Origin: Penicillus capitatus
Lineage: Eukaryota; Plantae; Chlorophyta
Direction: 5' to 3'
Length of the DNA stretch: 64,000 nucleotides
NCBI GenBank assembly: GCA_965649825.1
Contig: OZ287708.1
Span: 515,411 to 579,410, forward strand
The translations under genes were made by a program, and so were the position numbers. A model generated the notes under the pieces. That model did not search any database and was not told where the DNA came from. It saw only the letters and a list, made by a program, of their open reading frames with translations. Shown piece by piece: positions 1-13,236 of the stretch. Position 1 is the first letter of the stretch. Each line of letters begins with the position of its first letter.

Positions 1-463
1 CGATGTCATTCAGATCTTTCGAGGCAAACATAGAGACACACTACATACATACACAATCTTTGTTTGATGTCTAGGCCGAGAATACAAAACAAGGGGGATT
101 CCACAACTCTCAGCAGCACGTGCTGTTGCACATTCTCCGTCGGGATGCATCAGTGCATGACTTGCCATCGGGGAAATCAGTAACGGCGCTGCGATCTTAC
201 GACCTCGCATATCAAGACACTCGTCGAATTTCACACACTCTGGCACGTGGGTACATACCAAACAACGAGCATGAGATGATGGGATCTCTTGTGATATCCG
301 TCAGAACGCGTGGCACAAGTTTGAGAGTGTTCCAACATTCTCTGTTCTGTTTCAAAGTAATCTCGTCCCCCGTTCCGCTGTCGATGTAGTCGAAGGCTTT
401 CTTAGAAACGTTACTCTGTGCCTGAAGGCGCAGTTCATCAAATTTTGGCACCAACCCAGTCAT
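1..463 (-). CDS. FMN-dependent alpha-hydroxy acid oxidase/dehydrogenase (GOX/HAO family), copy 1; 3' part runs off the window
   Basis: MTGLVPKF..AFDYIDSGTGDEITLKQNR..LVPRVL, intron, then APLLISPMASHALMHPDGECATARAAE; same exon layout as copies 2-5. Confidence 0.9.
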
Positions 464-1095
464 GGGGAAAGTCGTGTGAATCAGGCGAGGCTGTGTAACT
501 CGCCTCTGATTTCGTCGTTAGGAATAATTCTAGTCCCCTCAATCGCTTACAGTGATTGATTTCTTGTTTCCTTTATACCTCGATGAAAGCAATTGCGTCT
601 GAAGAACAGCTACGTGAACGAAGATCGGAGAAGGACATTTGACATAATGTGAGCGAGACTTCGCCGTTTCCTAGTAGTGTGTCATTTTTTGCTGACACTG
701 GCGAATCGGTGAACATGGTCGGTGATTGAATGTGAAGTGACGTCACAAGCAGTGAATGGTGCAGAAGATGAACAGAGAGATAACGCTGAAGCAGTGTGTC
801 ATTGGCGAAAGAAAGAAATCTTACATGATCGAATCAATGCGTTATGTTTAAAGAACATTGCACTGAAATGCCTGTTGAAAAGTTTTTGAGCCATCCATCG
901 TCAAAAATCACAACCATGCCAAACTAAAGATGAAGAAGTTACATTGAAAATTCTTACACGAGATTCTTTCACACCTGCCGATGTTTCTGTCTACAATAAA
1001 GTACCTGCAAAACGCTTTCCAGGTAAGAGAGTTGAAAAATTGGATTCATTTGATGGCATGACTTTGAGACAAACGAGAAACGCATGTGCGACATT

Positions 1096-2484
1096 TCAAT
1101 GTGGCAGACGTAATATCTCAGGCGTTATGCCATTCATAGAAGAGAGACCACAAAGCAACAGGCTATGAGTGAGTTCATCCTTGATGCCTTCGATGACTTC
1201 CCGGACCTTGTCGACACCGCCCGCAGCGAGGGCATAGAGGATGGGTCTCCCTATCAATACAGCTGATGCTCCCATAGCCAGCGCCTAGAAACGATATCGC
1301 ACGTACTGTCCAAGGCAGATCGCAGAATCACTTTGATAATATCTGTGCCTCTTTGAATGCCGCCATCGACCAAGATGGGTACCCTTTTGTTTACCACACG
1401 AGCTATTTCTGGCAAGACTGCCACAGGGCTCACAGCTGTATCCAGCTGTCGGCCGCCATGGTTTGAAACGAGGATGCCATCGGCACCGTGCTTTATCGCT
1501 GAATCGGCATCTGCTGGATGAAGAACGCCCTAAACAGTCGAAAGAACGATTGAGTTGTAGAATGCGTATTTACTGATCCTCTTGCTTACTTTGACCACGA
1601 CCTTCACATCAATGACGCTTTTGACCCAAGAGATTGCGCTGAAATCGCTACGCATATCGATTTGCAGGATGGCCGTATCGTTTTGGAGCATCCCTTTCCA
1701 GTACTTCTCTTGTTTGAGGGCAAAAGCGGCATCTTCCCATCGATAGCTACAACGATATCAATCAATACATGTCAAATACGGCATGATTAGGGAACACTTG
1801 TTCTTGGTATTCCTTTCTTGATTTCCATCTGTTGGAGCATCGACTGTGTACAGAAGGACACGGCATCCACATCTGTAGACCTCTTTTAAGTAGTTCTTCA
1901 TCAGCTCATCATGACTGTAGACACAACGGTATTACTGGCCCAGCGCATCACCCCCGGCAAAAAATAGCAGCTTACTTAGTCATGTAGAACTGCTGAAAGA
2001 GAATAGCATTTTTGTTGTTGTTTGCTTTTTGTATGCTCTCTAGATCATGCGATCCATACATAGATATGCACTGAAGCATCGTTCTGAAAGCTCCATCGTC
2101 GTGTGGATGGATGATTTACTGTTGCGATTCCACATGTCTCCGCAGCAGACACTGTGGCACATTCTCCTTGGCTGTGTGCCAATCCATGCATCGCCATGGG
2201 TGCAATCAACAAAGGAGCTGCCATCTTGTAACCTACATACACTGTGATTTGTTATTGTCCTTCCAGTTGTGATCGCTACCGAATAACGAATAAGAGATGT
2301 CGGCCTTTTGGACAGGTCCTGTTAGAACACGCGGAATCAATTCAATGCGACGCCAGCTGTCTCGATTGTTTCGCAAAGTGATCTCGTCGTCGGATCCGCC
2401 ATCGATATAGTCAAACGCTTTCTTCGGCAGCTGTTTCTGGGCTTCTTCGCGCAGAAGTTCAAACTTTGATATAAGGCAAGACAT
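1096..2484 (-). CDS. alpha-hydroxy acid oxidase family, copy 2 (multi-exon, intact)
   Basis: Spliced by hand: FDYIDGG, APMAMHG, QQFY, TVDAPTDGNQE, VVK|GVLH, SNHGGRQLD, DGGIQRGTD, GRPILYALA; ends LRLPH*. Confidence 0.92.
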
Positions 2485-3076
2485 TTTCTGTACCGCTGTT
2501 ATGGATTCAATAAAAGTGGCGTTGTCAGTTACATGTGCAGATGATTCGTGGCGACGTCAAAAGAACTTTGCGATTCGGATAGTTCTTATCTTACGTGAAC
2601 ACGTGTTCGTTTATTATCTTTCTGCAACGAACTTCCTGATTCCAACACGACACTTCGCTGTGCGTTGTTCAAATTGAATCGGTGGGTGAACTGCATGCGT
2701 ATCGGATCGAAGACGGCATCACAGGATTGCACGAGTCATGCACGGCAACTCGATTCCGGAGAAGTACGATCGATCTCGTTTGTTTATTCGTTCGGACTCA
2801 CGCATTTTTCATCGAATCCGTGACATGTGTTAATGGTCTCTGCGGACTAGCTGTTATCGATCGATCCTATCGCAGAAGATAATGCGATATTAATCGGTTT
2901 TATCGGAAATGGCGAGATTGTGTTGAATAAGTTTGCTTCATCTTCTGTCACATGCGTTTTCACGCCGGTCCTTAAACCATTGACTATGTGATAAAGCTAG
3001 ATGGTTTTCCCTGCTCGGAATTCGATCGATGACTGCACTTATCGATCTACTGATGATCTGTCGATCTCTGCGATTG

Positions 3077-4495
3077 TTACCGTTGGTGACGCAAGATGTC
3101 AGGAGTGATGTCATGAACTGACGAAAGACCGCATAGCAAGAGATCCTTGGCAAGCTCTTTTTTGATATCCTCAACAATCTCCACAGCCTTTTCGACACCG
3201 CTCGCAGCAAGGGCATAGAGGATGGGTCTCCCTATCAACACGGCTGATGCTCCCATAGCCAGTGCCTAGAAACGATGTGACATATTCTCCTCCAGGCAGA
3301 TCACAAAATCACTTTGATGATGTCCGTGCCTCTCTGAATGCCGCCATCGACCAAGATGGGTACCCTTTTGTTTACCACACGAGCTATCTCAGGTAAGATC
3401 TCGACTGGTGTCACGGCAGTATCGAGCTGTCGTCCACCGTGGTTAGAGACAATGATTCCATCGGCGCCATGTTTTATAGCTAACTCGGCATCTGCTGGAT
3501 GGAGAATGCCCTGAATGTCATAAGCACACAGTGGACATCGCCATATGGAAACAACGAATCGGTGAGAAGAGACATGCCTTGATAATGACCTTCACATCTA
3601 GAGCTTTCTTGGTGCGTAAGATGTCTCCCCATTCAAACATTGGTTTCATCTGTAGCAGCTCCTTATCCGACTGAACCAGATCTTTCCAGTATTTCTCTTT
3701 CCTGCCAGAAAAGGATATCGTGGACCACTGTAGACTGCACATACAGCGATGCACTGCATTTTTGTTTATGCAATAGACATTGGGTGACCTCTTCTTTCTG
3801 CTGCGTTCTCGATTGCCAAACACTGGCATATCTACCGTGTAAATGACGGTGCGGCATCCATGGCGATATGCATTCTCAACAATTCTGTCAGACACCTCGC
3901 GGCCACTGGATGCAGCAACAAAGGAGTTATAGGATGGGAAGCTGCTCCGTATCCAAGCTTGCTTTGACCCACCCAAGCATGTAGATTTGATGCAAGAGCA
4001 TTGGCGATCCTTCCATAGACGTTACAATATCTTCGATATCTTTCGATCCAAGCGTGGAGACACACTAAGAGCATTTGCCTGATCCACAGGAAGACACGCA
4101 GTAATGATACGCACTAGAGGAATTCCGCATTTCTCGGCTGCACGTGCTGTGGCGCATTCTCCATCCTCATGCACTAATCCATGGAGAGCCATGGGTGCAA
4201 TCATCACTGGAGCCGCCATCTTGTAACCTGAGAAACATTTCGCAAGTTTTCGCGAATCGCTCGGATAGGAGAAAGAGAGACCAAAGAGTGTGCAAGATAT
4301 GTCGGGATTCGTGATGTCTTCTGTAAGAACTCGGCACGCAATGTGAACGCTTCTCCAACATTCTCTGTTCTGTTGCTGTGTGATTTCGTCGTCGGCCCCG
4401 TCGTCTATGTATTCGAAAGCCTCTTCCGATATGCGTTCTCGTGCCTGAAGCCGCAATTCGGCGAATTTCGGAATAAAGGACGTCATGGAATCCAC
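3077..4495 (-). CDS. alpha-hydroxy acid oxidase family, copy 3
   Basis: FEYIDDG, APMALHG, HQIY, TVDMPVFGNRE, SNHGGRQLD, DGGIQRGTD; one GC-AG intron (3511-3577); ends LRHQR*. Confidence 0.92.
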
Positions 4496-5020
4496 AGTGT
4501 GAGCACACGGCTTGTTCTGTGATTCGTTGTCGTCGTCGAAGATCCGTCCGAAACGGTAATCGATACGTGTCGCAGAAGTAGCTGTTAAAATGCGAGGGAA
4601 ACGGCGGTTCTATGCCACGCGATGTGACCGTTATTTTCACTCCAAATTGCAGATGACAACCTCGGTTCTCCACAGAAAAGAAAAGCTCGGTTTCGAGGAA
4701 AATGGCAGAAACCGAAAACTCCTCGGCCAGGAAAGACGTGACAGCTTTCTGCATAAACTTTGTCGACGAATGCAATCAGATGCCGTTTGTCACACTAACT
4801 AGCAGATCTCTAGCTTTTTTGTTCAGTCTGTCGTTAAAACAAACTTAGGTGTTCGCTAGAAGCAATCGATCAAAGAGAAAAATTTTTGGATCCTCTTACG
4901 TCGATCAATAAACGATGGACGATGAAAGTATTGATCTCGAAGTGCATTAAACGCATTTCAGTGAAGCTCAAGGTAACGAGAGGTTGGAAACCAATGTTTA
5001 TATGATCGATTGCTGGGCGT

Positions 5021-5160
5021 CGATTGTTTCGATATCGGCTTTTTCGATTCGGTTCGATCATCTGCACGAATTTGTAAACATCCGATGGCGCCATTTCGAT
5101 TGTTCGATATTGTCATTTTCGATTCGGTTCGATCATCTACAAGAAAATTGTACAAATCTT
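5021..5160. repeat. degenerate ~75-bp tandem duplication
   Basis: Core TTTTCGATTCGGTTCGATCATCT exact at 5041 and 5116, with similar flanks (GATTGTT(T)CGATAT; TTGTA). Confidence 0.75.
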
Positions 5161-6036
5161 CGAATCAGAATCGCACGCGTTGCGATCTTCCATCGGAGTC
5201 GATCAACGTCTCCTACTGATGTAATTTACATTGCTTTCGTCGAGATCCGGCTACATGATCGATCTCGTTTTTCTTATGGAATATGAAACTTGTCAGGCTA
5301 GATGACGATCAGACTTTGACAGACGTGCGATTGTCAATCTTTATTGGTAAATCGCTTTGCGATTATTAAAAATCGATTGATCAGGAGATACTGGTGTGGT
5401 ATTTGTGGATGAACGGCGTTTCTCTCCGATCATGATGCCATCGACGAAGCTGATTGATTCGGTACGAGACAAGATACTTTGAATTCGGTCCGTCACTATG
5501 CTAAAAAACACTGATAATGACACTGGCAATACCCCATACTTGTAAACATGTCATTTAAACTAGAAGAATGAATCACGTCGTCGACATCTGAGATGTCGAC
5601 GTCATTTGTTCAAATGTAAAATTGTGGAAAGTCGTATGTTCGATATCTAATCGATCTGTTTGCATTTCAACGGATAGCATGACGCCTGCCTGCCTTTGAT
5701 CAATCGATCATGAGAAACGTCGATAACCGATTTATCGATTAGAGTTTTTCGACCAAACGTCGATCGAGATGATTAATCGAGGCAATCGTGAAGATGCATT
5801 TTTTTACAAAGATCGATCGATCTACAACTTGTCGTTAGCATGAGGCTCGACGAAGTGCATTACGCGCAGTTGCGAAATCGGTACAATCTGTCGAATGATT
5901 ACCGATTGACTAGAAATCATTCGGAAAAATTTCTTTGCGTTCCATCGCGTTTGTCGGATGACTAAATCTTCCCGAACGATGTCTGTGATTTTCACACAAA
6001 CCGTTTCTCTTGATAGGGCGCATAAGACGACAACAC

Positions 6037-7459
6037 TTAAGATCGTCGATAGAGAACATCCGACGTTAATTCCGAAAGCGAAGAGCAGCCGCACATCGTA
6101 AGACCGTTAGAGATATCACTCTTGAGATCCTCGATAACCTCCACGATTTTTTCCGTGCCGCCTGCTGCCAGAGCGTAGAGAATGGGCCTGCCGATCAAGA
6201 CTGCCGAAGCACCCATTGCCAAAGCCTATAAAAGTACCAATTCATCAACGATGCAGTAATAGGTCGCATTACTTTGATGACATCCGAACCCGTCTGGATT
6301 CCGCCGTCCACTAAAACTGGAATTCTTCTATTAACTGCGCGAGCGATACCGGGCAAGGCGTCCACTGTGGTGATCGCGGTATCTAACTGCCTGCCCCCAT
6401 GATTCGACACAATGATACCGTCGGCGCCGTGCTCTACAGCCAACACAGCATCGTCTGGATGGAGAATCCCCTGCATTCAAAATGGCATTGCTGTTATAGG
6501 CGAAAGAGTGAATCATAACGGCACCTTTAGAATGACTTTTACGTCCACAACGCTTTTTATCCAGGAGATGACCTTCCACTCACATCGCGAAGGAATGTCC
6601 ATCCGATCGATTGCTGACTCGAACATTCCTTTCCAATACTTCTCTCTCATCCATGCAATCTTCAATTGTCCATAGTCAATACTGAAGAAACAGATCTCTC
6701 ATTGGGTTTCAGTCGAGTTCGGAGTCGACTTGTATTTTCTCAATCTTTCGTTGAGTCCATAGACAGGTGAATCAACTGTCCAGACAATACAACGGCATCC
6801 AGAACGATACACAATTGATAGAAAATTCTCCATCATTGCATCATGACTGAGAACAACGTGGGAACAGTCTTCAGATTGCGACAGTGTTCTTACTCCTTCA
6901 TGTAAAATTGCTGAAGAATGAACGGCAATGGATTCCCTGTCGCGGATAGGTCATCGAGATCGAGCGTAGCAAACATCGATAGACACTAACGAAGTACGAT
7001 GACAATGGACCAAGTGCTTTGGAAAATTTGCCTTACCAATGGAATGCCACATTTCTCCGCAGCGCGAGCAGTTGCCACTTCTGCCTCTTTGTTCATAATT
7101 CCGTGCAGTGCCATCGGTGCAATCAACAGAGGAGCCGACAATTGGTGACCTGATATCGCCTCCAGACATATCGAGATGCTTCATTCCAATCTGAGAATAC
7201 CGAATAGTGCACAAGATATGTCGGGATCCTTGATGGGACGGTTGAGAATGCGAGGCAGCAGTCTCGTGCGCTGCCAAGATTCTCTGTTCTTTCGCATGGT
7301 GATTTCATCTTGTGCTGCTCCATCTACGTAGTCGAACGCAAGATCGGAAACGCGATCTTGGGCAGCTCGACGGAGTTGTGCAAACTTCGGGATGAGGCCC
7401 GTTGTCGAACAGTCATCCAAGGATAACTCTGACGTCCTGCCCATGCACGTATCCTGCAT
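6037..7459 (-). CDS. alpha-hydroxy acid oxidase family, copy 4
   Basis: FDYVDGA, APMALHG, QQFY, TVDSPVYGLNE, SNHGGRQLD, DGGIQTGSD, GRPILYALA; start 7459 or 7444; ends YRRS*. Confidence 0.92.
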
Positions 7460-7757
7460 TTATCCACGCAATGGATCATTCATTGCGACAGTAGAGTCTT
7501 GCAACAACATCTCGGTTAAATTACGAAAGCTCATCTGTGTTTGCACTACGCATCGTCCTGGAGGGTGCTATTAATCGCACAGTCAAAGATATGTGATCAA
7601 GCACATAGAAAGTGTTTAGCACTCTACGGATCGTATCGTATCGATCGCATAACCGGTGATCGATGCAGCGAGAGACGAGGTCATTATCAGGTACTACAAG
7701 ATCGTATGGGGGACAAGAATCATAGTTTCTCGATCTATGGTGATGGATCGCTGCTCC

Positions 7758-9144
7758 TCATGGAAGTGGTTTATCGAAAAGGACGTCCGATGTTAATTCA
7801 TCGACACATGAACAGCCACAGAGTATGAGGCCGCGGTCAAACTCATCTTTAATGCCCTCGATGACTTCAACAACCTTATCTGTACCACCCACTGCCAGAG
7901 CGTAAAGAATGGGCCGGCCGATTAAGACAGCCGTGGCACCCATGGCCAGAGCCTAGACCAACCGGACGATGGAAGAATGGCATTCAGAGGCGGTGTCCTT
8001 GCCTTAATGATGTCAGTCCCTCTTTGGATCCCGCCATCGACCAAAATCGGAATTCTTTTGTTCACCGCCGTTGCGATTCGAGGCAAGACGTCCATTGCTG
8101 TCACAACCGTGTCCAATTGTCTACCCCCGTGATTCGATACAATGATGCCATCGGCGCCGTGTTCGACAGCCAAGACGGCATCTTCTGGATGCAGAATACC
8201 CTAGGTTGTCACAAAATGTCGCACATCTCCGTTTCCAACGGAACAGACCTTGATCAGAACTTTGACATCGACAATGTCCTTTATCCATTTCACAACGCTC
8301 CAATCGGAATCGACGATACCTTCCATGAAGAATTTTACAAAATCCTCTGATGACTCGGCATGCATGCTCCAATCATTTCTTTTGAAAATTGCAAAATTGG
8401 CGTCGCTGATGTCAAACCTGAGAATCGGTAACTGTAACAACGCCAGACACTCGTGCGTATCTTACTTGTTTTCGACGTCCTTTTCTCTGTTCCCCATAAC
8501 AGGAGCATCCACAGTCAATATCACGCATCGGCATCCTTGCTGATATGCATTCCGCAAAAAACTCTTCATGAACGATTCATCCCTGTGACCGAAAACAGCA
8601 GTTCATTCTGTCACCGATGATCGACAACGATCCAGACTTTAGATAATAGATCTGTTGGAAAAGTGCAGATTTGCAGCCAGAGGCCATGATATCTGCGAGA
8701 TCTTTCGAACTAAACATCGAGACGCACTGCATGCGTTCCAATACAGAAAGCACAAGAAATGTTGTTCTTACTAGAGGTATTTCGCACTGTTCTGTTGCAC
8801 GTGCTGTCTCGCATTCGCCCTCTTTGTGCAGCCATCCATGTGATGCCATTGGAGCAACGATCAGAGGAGCAGCGAGTTTGGTGCCTGGCAGGAGAATATG
8901 AAATCTTGCGCATTCTTAATCCGGACTCACCGAAGAGTGTGCAGGACGTATCCGCTTTAACAGAATTGCGCAAAACGCGTGTCACCAATCTCAATTCACG
9001 CCACGCTTTGCGATTGCGCCACATTGTGATCTCGTCGTCAGCGCCACCGTCGACATAATCGAAGAACTTCTTCGGCACGATGGCTCGGGCTTGTTCGCGT
9101 AGAAGAGCAAATTTAGGAATGAGAGCTTGCATTTCATTCTTCAT
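7758..9144 (-). CDS. alpha-hydroxy acid oxidase family, copy 5
   Basis: FDYVDGG, APMASHG, QQIY, TVDAPVMGNRE, SNHGGRQLD, DGGIQRGTD; last intron GC-AG (7953-8002); ends DKPLP*. Confidence 0.92.
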
Positions 9145-10098
9145 GTTTTAGGCGATGCTCGACATAGTTCGCTCTCAACCGTTTTACTCACGGAGACAAG
9201 GCATGCACAAAGCTGCAATGCACAGAGACAACGTGAAAATACACAATATGACCATGATCTTGCAACCGAGACACAAAGAGTGTTGACGATCAAGATGGCA
9301 GATATCACGTCACGCGGATTTTCATCGAACACGACATCGATTCGACAAACGCTGCATTATCCAGATCTCGTTTTGTGCGTTTCAGAAGTATATCGACCAC
9401 GATCGCTGTTTCATTTCACTTGCTTTGTCGATCAACAAGTGGTCGAGCTTTGATTGCAACGCGATTACGTACTAAGCTAAAGCAAGTGAGTGATAGGAGA
9501 GATCCATGACATCGGGTCATGTCACAGTCGCTATCGTTATCGCTCGTCTACGATAAGTTCGATTGACGTCGTCGGCTACCGATCGATCGCAATCGAACGA
9601 AAACGAGTGTCCGCCGCGATACTCAAGATAACACAGATACAAAGGAGTTCGCATTTACTGCTGGCACCAACGATCGTCCTTCCGTCGACAACGAATCGAA
9701 TGATAATCGACCAGATCAAATTTCTATCGATCGATGATCACCACTATAGAAGTCAAAGACCTGAAGATGGGCCGATCCGTGATTAGTTTTCCTCAACGAC
9801 AAACTGTGAACTGTCGATTCTCTGCCCCATTCGGAATCACACTTGGCAAAGCTGACTGAAGATGGCGTTGTACATTTGTGACTGCTGATCACGCAACTAC
9901 CATTTGAGAAACCATCAGGGCAGATCTGTTAGCGTCACTGAATCGTTGCCAGGCGAAATCACATGTGAAGGGGCATACCATTTCTGCCGTCCTTCAGTGA
10001 TCCCATCTTGGCGCTTTCAACGAAGTATCCCCGAACACGGCGATTTGAAGGACGCACTGATGAATCTGATGACCCCATTCCGCATGATCGACATCGGA

Positions 10099-13000
10099 AT
10101 GAGGCGCGTCTCCGTCGTGACACGGCTGAAACCGCGTGTCCTTTTGAGCACACTTGCGCGTTCGAACGCGGACTCTTTTATCCGACATTGTCCCTGCTCA
10201 TTGAGATCCTCTCGTATACATTCTGCCATTCGGATTACGTGTCCCCTTTCGGCGAACCACGACGATAACGCAACAGATATGGCTGGAGGTCAGCGATTGA
10301 AACAGACAGTTCTCGGAAACAGAGGAAAGGATGAAGAAGCGCCCCATCGCCGTGGCGGACGAAAGCGAGCAACGCAGGTGACCTTCCACACTTCGATCGA
10401 ACGCGTAGTAACTCTCTGTCTTCCATGAACAGCTGCACGGACCCACTGCTAGCGACGGCGAACGGACAAAGCGTACGAAGGATGACAAAAAGCTCACCAC
10501 GGCACCTACAAAGGTTCGTCTTCCGATGACAAGACAGAATCTGAGAATCGTCTTCAACAGACGCCTTCGAGACGATCACGCAAAGCCAAAGAATTCAGTT
10601 TTCAGATGGGCCCGAAGTTAATGGAGACTCCGAAACTTCCAAAGAAAGGCGATACCGAATCAGACAGCGATATGAGGATGGAAATGACTGAAGAGAGTGA
10701 CAATCTGTCGAATATGTCTGCATCGTCTTCCGAGTCCATGGAGACCATAGGTGCGATCTGCTGCACCGTGTAATCGTGGTCGAATGATGTGACAGGAAGT
10801 GTTAGCATCCAAGCAGATGGCAGTACGAAGCGCATCTCAAAGGCACGACATCCAAGGCAATTGACAAGAGTAAGTCTACTGAATCGACTAAGCCGTTGAA
10901 CAAATCGTTGATGTGACATGTGGTGCAGACCGGAGCTCCAATTCGCAAGGCGTCGGATCTTTTGGCAGAAGCTTACGCTGTCTTCAATCCACGGGATCTA
11001 GCCTACTGGCAACCAGACGAGAATGTGCCTTACAAGTTTCTGGCAGATACTTTTGACCTGATAGAGGCAACAACGAAGAGATTGGAAATTACACGGCATT
11101 TGACTGAATGCTATCGATGCATATTAGAAATGACACCCTCAGATTTACTCCCTGCCATCTACCTCTGCATCAACAAAGTGGGACCGGCCCACGAAGGACT
11201 GGAACTTGGCGTCGGGGACTCGATATTGTACAAAGCGATCGCGAATGTGAGTGGAGGTGACAATGCCAGAATCCGTAAACAGTACGACAAAGATGGAGAT
11301 CTGGGATTGGTGGCCATGTCTCGCAAGAAAGGACAAGTTCGACTGATGGCTTTCGATAAGCTATCCATCTCTGGTGTCTTCAAAAAGTTTCTGGCAATCG
11401 CCAAAGATGGCGGCGAAAAATCGCAGGAGCGAAAGAGAGACAGGATCGAGAGTCTGCTCAATGCATCCAGAGACTCAGAGATCAAGTTCATCACAAGATC
11501 GCTTCAGGTAATTCTGTCAGTCTAATAACATCTGCACAGTCCTGTATGCGTGTCATGTGGTCTGCAGGGGAAACTAAGAATAGGACTGGCTGAGCAGACG
11601 GTGCTGCAATCCGTCGGACAAGCTTTCTTCATGCACCAGACACCTTCGAAGGACCAGGACACACTCATGCAGAGAATGGAAGAAGCTGTGGACCGCGTGA
11701 AACAAGCTTACAGCACCTGTCCATCCTACGACAAGGTACCCTACCTATCATCTGGTCTAGTGGTTTTGAAGGCAGATGACATGTCTAGTTGATTCCATGT
11801 CTACTGGATCATGGATTAAACGGATTGGAAGAACACCTGTCATTTACACCTGGCATTCCGGTCCAGCCAATGCTTGCGAAGCCGACGACTGGGATCTCAG
11901 AAGTGCTGGAAAAGTTCAGCGACACATCCTTCACCTGCGAATTCAAGTACGATGGTGAAAGATCGCAGATCCATGTTCTGCCAAACAGTAAGTCTCTTGC
12001 GTCTCAGTAACGGATCAAGTGATTTGCCTTTTTGCAGAGACGGTGCTGATCTATACACGCAACTCAGAGAACGTCACCGGGAAGTATCCAGATATCGTCC
12101 AGCAGATTCCAGCACATCTGAAACCGGAAGTCCAATCGGTCGTACTGGACTGTGAGACAGTCGCATTCGATACCCAACTGCAGAAGATCATGCCTTTTCA
12201 GGTGCTGTCCAGTTGACCCGTATGAAACTCTGATGAATCATGTGCTTTTCACAGAAACTGAGTACAAGAGCACGGAAGGATGTCACATTGGAGAGCATCA
12301 AAGTCCCTGTTTGCGTTTTCTGCTTCGACTGCCTCTACCTGAATGGAGAATCGTTGCTGGGACGGCCACTCACAGAGAGAAGAGCCTCCCTCTACAATGC
12401 TGTCAATTCAGAACCGGGTGTCATCCAATTCGCAGAGCATCAGATCTCCACCAATGTTGAGGAATTGCAGGTTGCCTTTATTCGCTGCCAGTTGTCCCAT
12501 CAGTCTCACACTGTGTATGTATTAGCATTTCCTAGACTTGGCCGTCGATGGCAGTACAGAAGGACTGATTGTGAAGACACTCGACTGCAGCTATGAGCCA
12601 TCGAAGCGCTCTGTCAACTGGCTGAAATTGAAGAAGGACTACTTGGATGGAGTGGGCGATTCGTTCGATCTCGTGGTCATTGGAGCATGGCATGGAAAAG
12701 GAAAAAGAACGGGCGTCTTTGGTTCGTTTTTACTTGCTGTATATGATCCGATCAATCAAGAGTACCAGAGCATTACAAAGATCGGAACAGGCTTCTCCGA
12801 AGAAGATCTGGAAACGCACACACGAAATCTCAGAGCATTGGAACTTTCAGAGCCAGCATCCAACTACAGGTGTCTCGTTTGCAACGAGTCATGCACTCAT
12901 CTCTCATGTACTGTAGCTATGGCGAGGCAGCTGTGCCAGATGTGTGGTTTGAGGCCAAGATGGTTTGGGAGGTCAAGGCAGCCGATCTCTCTATTAGTCC

Positions 13001-13229
13001 TGTACATCAGGCTGCATTAGGCATTCTTGACGAGACCAAAGGTATCGATCTATCAATGATACGTGCATCATTGTGCGAACGCGTTTTCGTGATAGGGATA
13101 TCTATTCGGTTTCCACGCTTGATAAGAGTAAGGGATGATAAGTCTGCGACAGATGCAACGACATCTGATCAAGTGGTCGAAATGTATAACAAGCAGACAA
13201 AGGTTCCAGAATTGTCAGAGGTATCCTAA
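10099..13229 (+). CDS. LIG1: ATP-dependent DNA ligase I
   Basis: [15 protein letters not shown] (motif I), [47 protein letters not shown]; GT-AG introns; start approximate. Confidence 0.95.
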
Positions 13230-13236
13230 TTTCTCT

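Noticed and set aside
4500-6030. CRISPR array or transposon in the repeat-containing spacer
   Set aside because: Only two degenerate units; no spacers, TIR/TSD or transposase ORF
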